Notes: generated from the letters alone by a model not told the origin. Shown: positions 1-13,213, counted from the stretch's first letter. The stretch: DNA of 64,000 bases from Utricularia gibba (GCA_002189035.1 CM007991.1:2170001-2234000), one strand, 5' to 3'. Made by a program: numbers and translations.

Positions 1-953
1 AACTCACAGGGTTCAGTGACCCTGTATATGCAGAAGCTTATGTGACCGTTCATCATTACGATATTCTCCTTGACGTGACAATCATTAATAGAACAAAGGA
101 GACCCTCCAGAATTTGTGCTTAGAGTTGGCGACTATGGGAGACCTCAAACTTGTAGAGCGGCCTCAGAATTACACCATCGCACCGGAGTCCAGCAAGCAA
201 ATAAAGGCAAATATTAAGGTGTCATCCACTGAAACTGGAGTCATATTTGGCAACATTGTTTATGAAACCTCGAATGTGCTTGAGCGAAATGTTGTTGTGC
301 TCAATGACATCCATATTGATATCATGGACTACATATCCCCCGCTGTCTGCACAGATGCTGCTTTCAGAACCATGTGGGCAGAGTTCGAATGGGAAAACAA
401 GGTAATCAATCTCTTTTCTGTGACGTTACTAATATCGAATACAAGCCATTAGTGAACTCGCTTCGAAGCTGTATATGGTTGTTTTTTCTCGTTTATTTTT
501 ATCAACTATTTGTTCTTCTCCCAGGTTGCCATCAATACGACAATCACAGATGAAAAAGAATTTCTTGATCATATAATGAAGTCAACAAACATGAGATGCC
601 TTACTGCTCCGTAAGTCCTCCCGACCTCCCTCCCCAGTTTTTTTCTTTTGCAGATAAGGAACAAAGTTCATCCTAGCTCAGGCCAAGCATTGTTTTTTTG
701 TTTTTCCTGGAATCCCCTGGTAATGTTGGAATGCAATCCACTGTCCAGGTCTGCTCTGGAAGGCGAATGTGGATTCTTGGCTGCAAACTTGTATGCCAAG
801 AGTGTTTTCGGGGAAGATGCCTTAGTGAACGTCAGTGTGGAGAAGCAGGCGGATTCCAAACTCAGTGGATACATCAGAATAAGGAGCAAGACTCAGGGTA
901 TCGCCCTCAGCTTAGGTGACAAAATCACCTTGAAACAGAAGGGAGGGAACTGA
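1..953 (+). CDS. COPB1: Coatomer subunit beta (beta-COP), 3' end, partial; exons <1-401, 525-610, 749-953
   Basis: Spliced translation gives the beta-COP appendage/platform region ([41 protein letters not shown]...[14 protein letters not shown]|AINTT...|[33 protein letters not shown]...[24 protein letters not shown]). GT-AG introns are in phase. Confidence 0.95.
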
Positions 954-1415
954 TCCCTCCATCTGCTTAGAAGATGATTACCAAGAACAGGTTTTGCATT
1001 CATGTAGCCATTTTCTCGTTTTTCGGATCTTCGATACCCCGTTATTCGAGTTTGTATTATCAACAAATACTTTGGTCTCAGTTGCCATAAACTTCATTGG
1101 TTCCTATTCAAAGTTTGGATATCAAAAGTGCTGTAAAATAAATAAATAAATGTTTTTACATTTTTACTATATAATTAATTAATAATAATTAAATTGTATA
1201 AGTTTATGCCAAAAATTCATCAAAAACACCCCTGCTCCATGCGCGGACGCTGTGCTTCGATTGCTGTGCCTTGCTCTTATAAATTTTTTTATTCCGATTA
1301 ATTACTTGATCGCCTGTTTCGTTCACCCATCGCCATCTTTGCAAGTTTTACGGGAGGAAAGGGGGCGCCTTGTTCTTCCTTTCGTTTTTCCTCTTGATTC
1401 GTCTAGATCTGGTTT

Positions 1416-4287
1416 ATGAGGTGAAGGAATTTCATGTTTTTTTTCGTGGTTTTTGATAAGTTTGTGTATGTGACGTTCGTTGAGTTCGAGGCTGTTTAAT
1501 TTCGGATCCCCAAAACCCTCCTCCGTAATTTTTCTGGATTTCGGACTATAGTTTTTTTGCGATACTTTTGTTCAGCTGTGGCTTTGATATGCGTAGCCCT
1601 TCGCCTTCTGTTAATCTGGTTTTTGCTTTTACCCTTCTCACGAATTTGGTGATGGGTATCTTTCTCCTTGGGAAGATTCCTTTTTTTCCCATTTTATGTA
1701 ACTCTGGTATATGGGCTAATTGTGTTTTTTTTTTTTTTTTCTGTGTTTCATGTTCAGCAGCTCGAAGGAAAAACCCACACTCGGGTAAGTTTTCAAAGTA
1801 CATATGTTCTTTTGAAAATATCGTACCTTTGTTCTTAATGGAGCTCATCCTTCTCATCACGTGTATTTGTAAGTGTAGATAAATAGGACTGGCATTCTTG
1901 ATCCGTGAAATTTGAGTCACATCACTGCATTTTTTTTATTTTAATTAACGGGAATAGCTGTTTTTAATGAGAAGTCAGTTATTGATGATCTACTGCACTA
2001 ATTATTTTAGCATCATTATCATTCTTACTTTCTGGCTGGTATCAATGAGTTCACGATTGTAAGATCTCATCTTCATTGCTATAGGGGCACGCGGATCAAG
2101 TCCCGCAAACGGAATATTACTGCTCCTTTGGATCCTGCATCTTTTTCGGATGCAGTGGTCCAGATTTATTTGGATAATTCTGGTGATCTGGTAGATTTTC
2201 CCATACTTCTCATTTTCATGATTTTTTAATAAACGTATTTTGGTTGTATTTTTTAAGTCTCTGTCTGTTGTGATGATTGATTAATTTCATTGATATGATT
2301 GACTGTCTTTTTTTGGTGATTTTTTAGGAGCTTGTAACAAAATGCTTAGAATCGTCTGAGCTCAATTTCTCTAGATATGGTGATACCTTTTTTGAAGTAA
2401 GCTCTCTACAATTTATGGGCTTCTTTTGGGAATAGTTGATTAGGTTTAAATCTAGTCATTGAATCCATGACATGAAGCTAGAAATAAATTTTAGAAAAGG
2501 TTTGATTTTCAAATGCAGGTTGTCTTCAGAGGTGCACGCACTCAACCTGGAACGGTGAAACCTGATGAAGGGGATAGCCATCCTTACTCAATAATTGATT
2601 GTGAGCCTAAGCGTGAGGCAATTTTGCCATATGTTCTATACATACAGAAGATCCTGCGGAGGAGGCCATTTCTTATCAAAAATCTTGAGAATGCTATGCA
2701 AAGATTCTTGCAGTCTTTGGAGCTCTTCCAGGATGATGAAAGGAAGAAGCTTGCTGTCTTCACTGCTCTTGCCTTTTCTCAGAAGTTGTCTGGTCTCCCA
2801 CCAGAGACAGTTTTCCAGCCACTGCTCAAAGATAACCTTGTTGCCAAGGGGCTAGTTCTTACATTCATAACTGATTTCTTCAAGGAATATTTGGTTCATA
2901 ATAGTCTTGATGACCTAATTGCAATCTTGAAGCGTGGGAAGATTGAAGAGAATCTCTTGGACCTGTTCCCATCAGCCAAACGCACTCCTGAAGCGTTTGC
3001 AGAACATTTTAAGTAAGCCCCTCAATTTCATAGGATGCTCCATGGTTAAGTTAAATGTGCTTTCATGGAGTTGTTAATTATTTTGTTGTGTGTTTTTTAT
3101 GTAGTGCTGTACGGTTTAGGGGTGATGCTTTGTAATTGCTGTTTGTTTCCTTGTTTAGCATGTTATCAAGATACTCGGAATCTTCTCCTGCACTTACCTA
3201 CAATGCCTTCTGTTCAAACCCCTTTTTTTATGTTCTCTGTTCGTTTTATCATGAAGTGGTATGCAGAATCTGCACAGTCATTTCCTTTGACCTTGTTGTA
3301 ACACATGAATGCCTCACGATGTTTTAAGTTTCTGCAGGACAGTAGTTAAAACATGGTCATCTCATTTAGGTGAACTTGGTAGTAAGCTTTTGGAGTGCCA
3401 CCAAGTTGGCATGGTCTAAGACATGAAATTATAAATATAGTACGGTATATAATGGGCATCATAAGAGTGATGTGGCATGGTAGAAAACTAAATGTCCATC
3501 ATAACAGTTATGTGGTATATGAATGGTTTCATGATGTTTGCGTTCTGTTGTAACTCAATTCATATATGCTTATTTTGGTCTTTCAGAAAGGAAGGGCTTT
3601 CTGCATTGGTGGAGTATAATGAGAAGAAGATATTTGAGGTCAGGCTGAAAGAAATGAAGACTACCCTAACAAGCCTAATTGCTGAAGAAGCTGATGTATC
3701 TGAAGTCATTGAAACTGTCAAACAACATGTGAAAGATGCCAAACTTCCAGATATCGAGGTTATCCGAATTCTTTGGGACGTCCTGATGGATGCTGTTCAA
3801 TGGTCTGGAAAGAATCAGCAGCAAAATGCCAACTCAGCTCTGCGTCAGGTATCACATTGTGTTGCCTCTCACCTTGCGACATTTGAACTCCACCGTCTGG
3901 TTGGGCAAATAATATTCTTTTTCCAGGTGAAAACTTGGGCAGAGTTGCTGAATACATTCTCCACCAGTGGGAAGCTCGAGCTTGAACTCATATACAAAGT
4001 TCAGGTTCAGTGCTATGAAGATGCTAAGCTGATGAAGCTGTTTCCTGAAATAATAAGGTCACTCTATGACCAAGATGTTCTTGCTGAAGATACCATTCTT
4101 CACTGGTACAATAAAGGAACAAACCCCAAGGGCCGGTGTGTTTTTCGCTACCTTTTCCGCTATCTAACTTGTGATGATTTATTCCTACCGTCCATCACTT
4201 CAGCACTGGATTCTCTGCAGGCAAATGTTTGTGAAGGCATTGGAGCCGTTTGTGAAATGGCTGGATGAGGCTGAGGAGGAAGAATGA
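1416..4287 (+). CDS. BZW: eIF5-mimic / basic leucine zipper and W2 domain protein (BZW/5MP), multi-exon
   Basis: ATGAG|intron|24-nt exon 1761-1784|exon from 2085 gives MSSKEKPTLGGTRIKSRKRN. Internal exons encode QKILRRRPFLIKNLEN and FSQKLSGLPPETVFQPLL. The W2 C-terminus reads LYDQDVLAEDTILHWY...ALEPFVKWLDEAEEEE*. Confidence 0.93.
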
Positions 4288-5028
4288 ATGAACCCATGAT
4301 CACCATCACCGATGCTTATGGTGCACTTGTTTCTATTCCATGGAGGTTAATGCCTGACATTTCACTTTTCAAGGATTGCTCTTTATTCTGTCGTATTGCT
4401 AATCATCACCAATATCCTGTACGGAATCCAAGAGGATCTCCTGCTTCTTGCATTATTACTATGTCTTTTGAGGGCGGTTTTTCCCATCCTCCAGTTTAAA
4501 GTTTTGCACCTCCAACAACGAGTGTTGCTTCAAAAACATTTAACTCGCGGTTCTTGCTTTGGTACAAGCACAGGGTTGTAGAGGGCGGCTTTTCATATCC
4601 TGTTGCTTGAGATATGATGTAGAACACTCTGCATGAAATCTTCTCCATTCACAGTATTAAGCCCCATGATTCAAAAACAGGCATTTGAATCCTACAGCTT
4701 GGGGAAGAAGCTGTCTTGGAGTGCCCTATTCCAGGATTTCAGAAGAGAAGAGTCCCCAGAAATTAATCTGGAAGAACATAACCTGATGCGATTTGGAACA
4801 TCTGGAGATTTTTCTACATTGGAAGATCACATGGAAAGGGAGAACATAATAAGCATTTTAGCATGCCAATCTCACTCAAAAAAGCGAGGCCAGAAGCACC
4901 GGCGTCTTAGAAACGGAAACTCAGAAGTATCATCAAAATTGTCTGTTTCAGAACACGCAACACTTGATTTTCAAGGGCTTTCATGAATACTCTCTAGGGA
5001 GCAACGCGAGCAAGCAGAGATTTTGATT

Positions 5029-5346
5029 TCACTTTTTGAAGCTTCCACGAACCCCTGGCTTAGGCTTCGAGGCTTCAGGGACGGACGTAGCAGCGTGAAG
5101 ATTATTCAACGTAGTTTCGTCGAACGGAATCTTGGGATGGCGAGCCTCGTGGTGGATCTGCATAGATTTCACATCAGGAGCCGTTACCTTGCAAAGTGGG
5201 CACTCCAGCTTGGCATGCCCTCCTTTTTCTTGGCCGGAACGGTCTGCGAGCCCAGCCTTACCGCCACCGCGATTAGTTGTGGCCGCGTCCACTTTCGAGG
5301 CGATTTCCTTCGCTGTATGCTTCTTTGGCTTAGCTTTTCCGGTCAT
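5029..5346 (-). CDS. MBS1: Small C2H2 zinc-finger protein, METHYLENE BLUE SENSITIVITY 1-like (ZNF706/SERF-related), single exon
   Basis: 105-aa ORF MTGKAKPKKHTAKEI...TNRGGGKAGLADR...HAKLECPLCK...MQIHHEARHPK matches the remembered plant MBS family; C-x2-C...H-x4-H finger. Confidence 0.88.
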   Translation of the reverse strand: MTGKAKPKKHTAKEIASKVDAATTNRGGGKAGLADRSGQEKGGHAKLECPLCKVTAPDVKSMQIHHEARHPKIPFDETTLNNLHAATSVPEASKPKPGVRGSFKK

Positions 5347-5843
5347 CCTCGCTACCGCACACCTTACTCCGCACTGGTCTTCAATGGCGATCGGAGTAGA
5401 ATTTGGAAGAAAGAAATAGAAGCAGCCCTAAATAGAAATATTTAAATATAAAATAACTCCAAGTACATAATTCCTTTATGAATTTATTTTTGAACCAAAA
5501 TTACTAATTTCGTCAACCTGCTTAGTCACATTTCACGTAAATAAAATAAAATCAAGCTATAATAATAATAGTTAAAGAATTTACATTTTACATTCCAAAA
5601 ATGCTAATTTAGTAATATTCTCATAAAAAAATTGGGCCATAATTATTTATAATAGAAATTTAGTTAAATTCAACCAAATTATGATTGAATTGTTCCTAGA
5701 AATATGCCAAATTCGAATTCTTGCAAAATAAACAACAGTAGACAGAATGGTGGTGGAAGGGAGGAGCAGAGTAAAATGGTGATACACTAAGCAGGTTATT
5801 GTGCAGAGACCAGACGATTCGTGAAGGCGAGTTAGCCTCTCAT

Positions 5844-7806
5844 CTACTTGGGATGTTTCCTCCGCCATTCTGTGCGCCCCCTGTTTATTTCAGAGCCATC
5901 ACCTGATAATCTCAACAGATGCAGAAACTTGAGGCATCCATTGTCATCCCTTGGAGCACCATTACTCCCTCCATTCAGCTCACCGGGTGCGTGGTCCAGG
6001 ATGGGTTCTGCACTTGTAAGGGAGTCGACGATGTCGTCGTGCTGGCATTCGCGGCGGTAGTCTAAGGTTATGGTTTGAAGCTCATGGCTGTCTATCATCT
6101 CCTGGGGCATGCTCTGTTATGGCATCAGTGAACAAGGTGACATGAGGATACTGTAAATATGCAGTGTGCAAGGTGATGGCTTGAAGATAACACCACCTCG
6201 AGAACCCATCCGATGTAGGTGACATTGTTTACGTGCTGGTTCATGTCGAGATCAGCTCGTCTAGGCTGCGAAAGAAGTCATTTGCTATGTTGTTACAATG
6301 AGGAGACGTTGGGATATGGAATAAACCTCGCAAACGTACCACAAGTCCGGCTTTGTGGAACTGAGATGGGTCTGCAAGTTTGGCTATCTTCTTAATGCTG
6401 TTGTTGTTCTCTTCAGGAAATGACAATCTGGAAACCGTAGTGAGTCAACTGCTAAACTGAGGAATGATGATTGATACTCTGTGCTCATCTACTGGAAAGA
6501 TTGATTCACCTGAGTTCTTTGGGGCAGTAGAGCAGAAGTTCATTGCGTACTTCGTCTGAAACCTTGTGGAGACGCCTGGTGTTTTGGTTCATCATCACCC
6601 ACTTACTGCAAAAAGTGCTGAAGATTATACAACAAAAGGAAGCAGGAACTCAAACTAAGCTTGCACGTAAGATTGACAAAAACATGGCAAATTGATGTCA
6701 TTACACAAGACAGCAAGCAGTTAGAGGTGACTTTTATGGCTCAGTTGAACTAACTGTATTTTAAGAAATCAGCTACATGAAAAACCAATCAGAAGAGGCC
6801 CTTGATATTTAGCCGGTTTTCTTGCAACATCAATGGAGGGGAAAACAGATCACAGCCAAAGTTCAAAAGGGTAAAACATGAGCATCATAAGCACATTAAG
6901 ATGTTTTCAGTTTTACCTAGTAGCTCTCCCAATGACTTCACCAGTAGCATAATCCTTGAGAATCCAGTCTCTTCGAGTGCCAATCCTTCCCTCAGTTTGG
7001 CACCATGTCTCAATTTCAACCACATCACTCCTGTTTTCAAATTCCCAATTAAAATCAGCAACTCGTGTGTGCAGCATATTTGAGGTCATTTCAAACTACA
7101 CTACCAGGCAGGATATCTGTAGATTTCGATGTGCAGACGAGCAGTCACCCATATGAGGTTCAACTCTCTCATGGTGAGCGTGGTGGCGAATCCATCAGTA
7201 GAGAAGCCAACGCTTTGGGCATGGTTGCAGCCAACTTCCTGTCCAGATAATTTTATGAAGAGAAACAAAGGCAAATGTGCCATCCATTTTAAACATTACA
7301 CTGCCATTATCCAACTTATTTGAGCATCTCCTCATCAGGAGCAGCGGAAACAGAGCAAAAAGGAAGAAAAGCCAGAAAGAATCTAACTCGTTAAACCATC
7401 TACAGCAATCACCAGTAACAAAATCAATTCATATTTCCCGAGAAAAACAGATCTAGGCAGTACCACATACCTGCAAAAGATTAGCAATTGTTTCGACAGT
7501 GGCCGTCTTGTTAATCCCAACCTCATAGCACCGCACTATGAACTTCTCCGTATAGGACAGCCCATCCTCAGCCAAACTCCCGAGCCGAAGCCGGTCAGCA
7601 AGGCTTGGCTGCGTTGTAAACTTCCGGGTCTGGGTTTTCGGGTCCCCGGTGGCTACCGATTGAATCGGAAAGAATCGGCTTCTTCGATCCCGAGCGCAGT
7701 AATTCGCCGGGCGGAGATTAATCAAACCGGACAAACGGGAATTCCCATTGGCGGCCGCGGTGGCAGCGGCATTGCATGTGGAAATGTTCCGTCCTCCGAG
7801 CAGCAT
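5844..7806 (-). CDS. FATA: Plastid oleoyl-ACP thioesterase FatA, 7 coding exons
   Basis: Transit-like N-terminus, then GSLAEDGLSYTEKFIVRCYEVGINKTATVETIANLLQ|EVGCNHAQSVGFSTDGFATT...|...DLDMNQHVNNVTYIGWVLE|...LDYRRECQHDD...NRGRTEWR. All exons join in phase and the catalytic Asn/His/Cys motifs are present. Confidence 0.96.
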
Positions 7807-8589
7807 TGCGGACGCTTAATCTGAATACAGCAGCAAGCGGGTAATCTGCAATTGCATGAGAAACGAGGAGCAGCCGGGTAGAGACGCGAAAAGCCAACTT
7901 CGATACCAACGAAGTGACTGTGAAGCGGAGAGAATCGATATGGGATAAAGCGCAGCGGCATCGTACACTATTAAGGCATTAAATACGATGCAAGTGTCGT
8001 TTACTTTAATTTCATTTGCTGATTCTGACCTTCGACATTTTGAAAGCTAATCCACCCCTCGTTGGCGAGTCCGATAACCAACGAAGGCGTCTGTGAAACA
8101 GCGGAGCGGGATCATCTGCAAGATTTCGCCTTCCCCATTAGTCATTAAATACAGATGCTAGTTTTGTGGGTTTTTCTATGATTTAGCTCACTGCGCCGTA
8201 AACCCAGCTAGCTGCATTTTTCTAGCGAGGGCCGGCGGAGACGTAGGCGGTACCAGCTCGATATCAACGAAGATGGTGTGGATCTCCGGGAGGAGAAACG
8301 AGAAGAGAAAAAGTTCAGGCAGACCGGATTTATTTATGGTTGTGTTATAAGCGATTATTAATTAATAAATAAAAGGAGAATCTGGTGGGGGTGAAGGGAT
8401 CCGGTTTCGGTTCACGACCCGGGCCGCCAGCCCCGTCTGCGCTCCGGGACGCTGGTGTGTTTCCTTTTACTTCAGATTGCACTTGGAGGAGAGGAAATCG
8501 ACGATTCATGGTGATATTCTTGGACTGCAGTGTTCAGGAATTCGGGAGGGGGATCAAAGCTTGAAGTCCAGTTAAGAAACTTGCACACG

Positions 8590-10701
8590 ATGTTAGCCAG
8601 AAATCTCTCGCCTTCAAGACTTAGAAGACTTCTTTCACCGTTTTCTCCGAATGCCTATTTGGGCGGAGCAGATCCCTTTCATTGCTCACTTCAATCTGTG
8701 GTAATCGAGCATTCTTCACCTTTTTCACAGAACCTCGGTAAACCTCCCATTGCTGCCCGTAGGTTTTTCTCTTCTGTTGATGTAAAGAACCCAGTTTTAT
8801 CGGACTTTTCCGTCACCCGGGATGGAAACTTTGAGGAAACTGCTGAAAAGGCGTTCTCTTTTTGCCCTGGATGTGGTATTCAAATGCAGAACTTGGACCC
8901 GAAACAGCCTGGGTTTTTTACTGAGCCTTCGTTGAAGGCTCCTAACTACAAGAAATTTAAGAAAATGATACCTGTTTCGGATGAGTCTGAAGTTTCGGAC
9001 TTTTTAAAGAAGGGTCTGGCTAGCGAGATCGTGGGTGACGTGAGTTTAGAGAAAGTTGAAGGTGAAGATGGGGTGTTCGATAATATTCCGCAGTGTGAGG
9101 ATGAGAAATTAGCTACTCAGAAGCCTATTGTATGCTCCAGGTGCCACAGTTTGAGGCATTACCAGAAAGTAAAAGACCCTAGTGTTGAGAAGCTGTTGCC
9201 TGACTTTGATTTTGAGTACACTGTTGGGAGAAGGATGACGTTGATAGATGGGGCTAGAACTGTTGTTTTGTTGTTGGCAGATGTTGCAGATTTTGATGGT
9301 TCCTTTCCGGGAGAGCGGCTAGTGGGGTGTTTAAGACTATAGATGAGAATTCAAGGTCCTGGAAAGAAGGTAAGTCTGGAAATGTTCCAAGAATTTTGTT
9401 GGTAGTGACCAAGATTGACCTTTTGCCTATCTCCATTTCTCCAACTACGCTGGAGCATTGGGTTCGGAGACGAGCCAGAGAAGCCGGGGCAGGAAAGATC
9501 ACAAGTGTCCACTTAGTGAGCGCTCTGAAAGGCTGGGGTGTGAAAACATTGCTTGATTGTGCCGTCAAGTTGTCCGGAAAACGAGGGAATGTGTGGGCTG
9601 TAGGGGCTCAGAATGCCGGGAAGAGCACATTACTTAATGCATTAAGCAAGTGTGCTGGTATGAAGGAAACTCACCTAACTGAATCATCAATCCGGGAACT
9701 ACTTTAGGAATTTTGAGAATGGAGGGAATTCTTCCTTGGAAGATCAAGTTGTTTGATACTCCAGGTCTGCTGCATCCTCATCAGATTTCAACGAGGTTGA
9801 CAACTTCAGAACAGAAGCTGATTCGTATCGATAAGATGTTAAAGCCGAGGACTTACAGAATCAAGGTTTGTCATTTGTAGAAAATACATTGCTGCTGCAA
9901 TGAAAGTGCCTTTGATTCAGTTTAGTTCTTTGTTAACATTTGATGGCGCGTGCTTGCCTGATATAATATGAATGCTGATGCTGGCAGGCTGGTCACTCTA
10001 TTCACGTTGCTGGTCTCGCTAGATTTGATCTGGAAGACTGTGCAGTAGACTCTATTTATGTAACAGTTTGGGCATCTCCACTGATCCCCCTGCATCTGGG
10101 AAAGACAGAGAATGCCAAGACGATGATCGAAGAACATTTTGGCCGCCAATTGCAAGTATGGTTTATCTACCCCATTTCGTGCTCAATAGTTACTCTTCAA
10201 GCTTTAGATCATGGCCAGTTGCTAGCATTCAGTACAATGCTGTTTTGTGGATGCTTGAACATTTGTGTTATAAGCAAGCATCCATCTTGAATCTCTGCAA
10301 CATTCAACTTACTTCTTCTGTGCATTTTCTCGTTGCAGCCACCGATCGGCGATGCACGAGTCAAGGAGATGGGAAAGTGGGTGAAGAAAGACATCTGCGT
10401 AAGTGGTGATACATGGGATTCAAGCTCTGTCGACATTTCTGTGGCTGGTTTAGGATGGTTTGCTCTTGGGCTCAAGAGAGAGGCTAAAGTAGGTGTTTGG
10501 ACGTACGAAGGAGTTGATGTCGTTGCTCGAAACCCATTGCTTCCCCAGAGATCATCCAATTTTGAAGTTTCGGGTTTCACTGTAAACGAAATCGTCTCTA
10601 AAGCTGATCGAGCCACAGTTTTCAAGATGAAGAAAACCAAAACCAACATCCCTGTTGAAGCTTCACTGTTTGAACAGACCCAGATTCAGATTCAGATCTA
10701 G
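8590..10701 (+). CDS. Organellar circularly permuted GTPase, YqeH/NOA1/BPG2 family; two apparent 1-nt deletions (about 9309-9311 and 9692-9693)
   Basis: Zn motifs CPGCG and CSRCHSL; G4 TKIDLLP, G5 SALKG, G1 GAQNAGKST, G3 DTPG; C-terminal DISVAGLGW. The frame is restored by adding one base to short G/C runs (giving FPGRAA and SIPGTTLG). Confidence 0.88.
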
Positions 10702-11623
10702 ACCAGTCCTCACTCCCCACTTCGTCCCCATCTTGAGTGTGTTACCATCGCCAAGCAGAATGGAGCTGACTCCTCCTCAGAAGGCCCATAGAAAAAGGTC
10801 AAATCATTTAGATACATCCTAATTCTTTTTGCAAGAATGCACGCACCGTTGTCCCGAGTAGATGATCTTCATTTTGTAGTTGCTACCATGATACAAAACG
10901 GCATGAACTTTTCCTCTGGGATACATTTTTTGTTTTAACAGAGAGTATAATTCAATGTGGATATTGAACTTCTTGAAGAATCTGTCATAAAAGAAGCTGA
11001 CCAAACTGGAGAAACCCTGCAGATGACTACTGAAGAACCTCCTCATATGAATGTGCATGTCGCTGAAATCAGAACTGGGACACTGCTAAAATGGATCTTA
11101 CTCGCGTTTAGCATCCTCTTGAAGCTACAAGGAGACAGCATTATTATGGGAGCTTAAAGTGCTTAGCAAAGGCCAGAGGGAGGCCTGCAAACGCTGATCT
11201 CATCCTCCTCTGCATGCAAGAAGGTTGATAACTCGACTGTTCCCAGTAGCTTGTAGCTTTTAGCAGAATCGGCGGCATGGGGTCGATGAGTTGAAGCTGC
11301 AAAAGGCTGACAACACAGTGCATTGCTTGGCGGAGATGCAGGAGCGGATTCACTTTATTAAGTAGCAGAATCACGGCCCACAGGGAAGACGATGACCAAG
11401 GGCAAACATGTCCAAGAGGAACAATTGTTCTGAAGAAAACTGAAACAATTACGAGAAATTAGATTTATAGTAATTCCGTTTGAAATTAAATTGTGCATCC
11501 TCATTCTGGTTGCAATCCCTAGAAAGAAAGGCGGAAGGGGTTGCGAAGGGGAGAAGTGGTGAAGTGGATGGATGATCATGTGCAGTGAATTGGTGGTGTG
11601 AAGGCTGATGTTCGAAATCCGTC

Positions 11624-12670
11624 ATGTCGCCGTGTTCTTCGAATCCTTCCGCCTCCAAGAAGCTACTCATTTCCACGCCCAAACCCAAGTCGGAAACCGA
11701 ATCTGGTCACCGGGGATTTCCTCAGAATTCTGAATCTTCACGTGATGCGCCAACCCCGCAGAAGAGGTCTCGGGATCTTCCCAATTTATCTGATTGCCAT
11801 GGCTGTGGTCGCAGAATCAACTATACGAACCCTAAGGAGCGTCTGCGCCCACTGGATAGTGTTTGGAGGATTGTGCTTCTCTGTTTAAAATGCCGAAAAA
11901 GTTGTCGTCTTCAGCAAATTTGTTCCTACTGCTTTGAGAAGAATGCCGATTGTGGTGATGTTTTCGTCTGTGAAATCTGTAGGCGCAGGATTCACAAGGA
12001 TTGTGTTACGAAATATGGGAGGTACGCACCCTGGCGTTATCTCGGCGTGGAATCGAGTAGATTGAGCATTTGTGTTGATTGTTGGGTTCCTCAGGTGATT
12101 AGGAAGACGCTTGGCTTTTCTTGGTGTAGTGAAAACAAAGGTTTCCTGAAAGGTAATGGTGAACGTAAAGTCCAAAAGAAGGCAAAGGAAAAGGATGAAC
12201 AACAACAGCTCCGAAGAGTAGAGAATGTAAATGGTAATTCTCCTAGAATTGTCAAGAGCAAATGCTCCATGAATGGTGATTCTGCAGATGGATCAAAGCA
12301 CAGAATGTCTCAGATGGGTAGTGATGGCAATCTTGAAACGAATCCAAACATCTTGGAAAATGAGCATATGGATCATGGAGTGCACAGTGTTACATGCGTT
12401 GGTGTCAAGAGATTTCATTCAGGGTTGCAGACTTACGTTAGGGACAAGAACAGGAATGTCTGGAGACTCGATATAGACCCTGCGGCCATCTCTCAGCTCA
12501 GTCCCCCACACTCACCATGTAACTCAGATGACTCTAGGCTGTGCACTCAAGTGCTGGATCCCGAGGCTTCGATTGATGCCCCAGATCCAGTCAATCATCG
12601 TGAAAGTAGTTCCCCTGAAATACTTTATACTTACAAACGCAGTAGGTTCAAGAGAGGCTCAGCATCATAG
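11624..12670 (+). CDS. Uncharacterised Cys-rich protein with a C4HC3 PHD-type finger, single exon, 348 aa
   Basis: Long ATG-initiated ORF containing LPNLSDCHGC...LDSVWRIVLLCLKC, followed by C-x2-C...C-x2-C-x4-H-x2-C...C-x2-C (CSYC, CEIC, IHKDC, CVDC). Confidence 0.75.
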   Translation: MSPCSSNPSASKKLLISTPKPKSETESGHRGFPQNSESSRDAPTPQKRSRDLPNLSDCHGCGRRINYTNPKERLRPLDSVWRIVLLCLKCRKSCRLQQICSYCFEKNADCGDVFVCEICRRRIHKDCVTKYGRYAPWRYLGVESSRLSICVDCWVPQVIRKTLGFSWCSENKGFLKGNGERKVQKKAKEKDEQQQLRRVENVNGNSPRIVKSKCSMNGDSADGSKHRMSQMGSDGNLETNPNILENEHMDHGVHSVTCVGVKRFHSGLQTYVRDKNRNVWRLDIDPAAISQLSPPHSPCNSDDSRLCTQVLDPEASIDAPDPVNHRESSSPEILYTYKRSRFKRGSAS

Positions 12671-13213
12671 GGATGATAAAATGATCTTCCCATCAATGAG
12701 AAGGGGGGTATATTAGTGTTACTTGTCTTTCTCAAACTTGAGTTTGCATATGACCCTTTCCGATTCTTGTTTCGTCTCTTCGTTGAAGTTGAGAATCTGT
12801 GGTTGTTGAATATGCTTGTTCTGTGTTTGGATACATGACCCAACTGATATGTTGAGTAGATGATTTTCAAGATGCAAGTGTTCAGTTACTTGAATATTCC
12901 AACTCTTGATGATGCATGCAGTAACCACTGTGATCGGCTTCCTCCCACTGTAGGGAGTTCAGCTAGGGGTAGAAATGTAATTTCAAATTTTTGTAATAAT
13001 TTATCCTTCTATTTGAAAAATTAGAATGATTTTTTTTTTTTTCAATGGCTTGAAAATTACAATGATAGAAAATGGAAATTAAAAAATACAAATGCCCTGG
13101 GGCTTTGAGGTTTAAGCGAAACCTGACAGCGCTGCCGCCGGCGGTTGTGTGTTCTGCTCCGTGTTCACTGTATATGCCGGCGTCTTACGGGAGAATACTG
13201 ACAATCAAGTAGT

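Noticed and set aside
4633-4986. 117-aa plus-strand ORF (MKSSPFTVLSP...)
   Set aside because: No recognisable domain. The opposite strand is T-rich and looks like MBS1 3'-UTR or intron sequence, so this is probably a chance ORF.
5023-5445. Long ORFs antisense to real genes (also e.g. 10209-10649, 15990-16376, 34602-34886, 48526-48867, 56375-56650, 59682-60035)
   Set aside because: They are shadows of coding sequence on the other strand or frame, with no motifs of their own.
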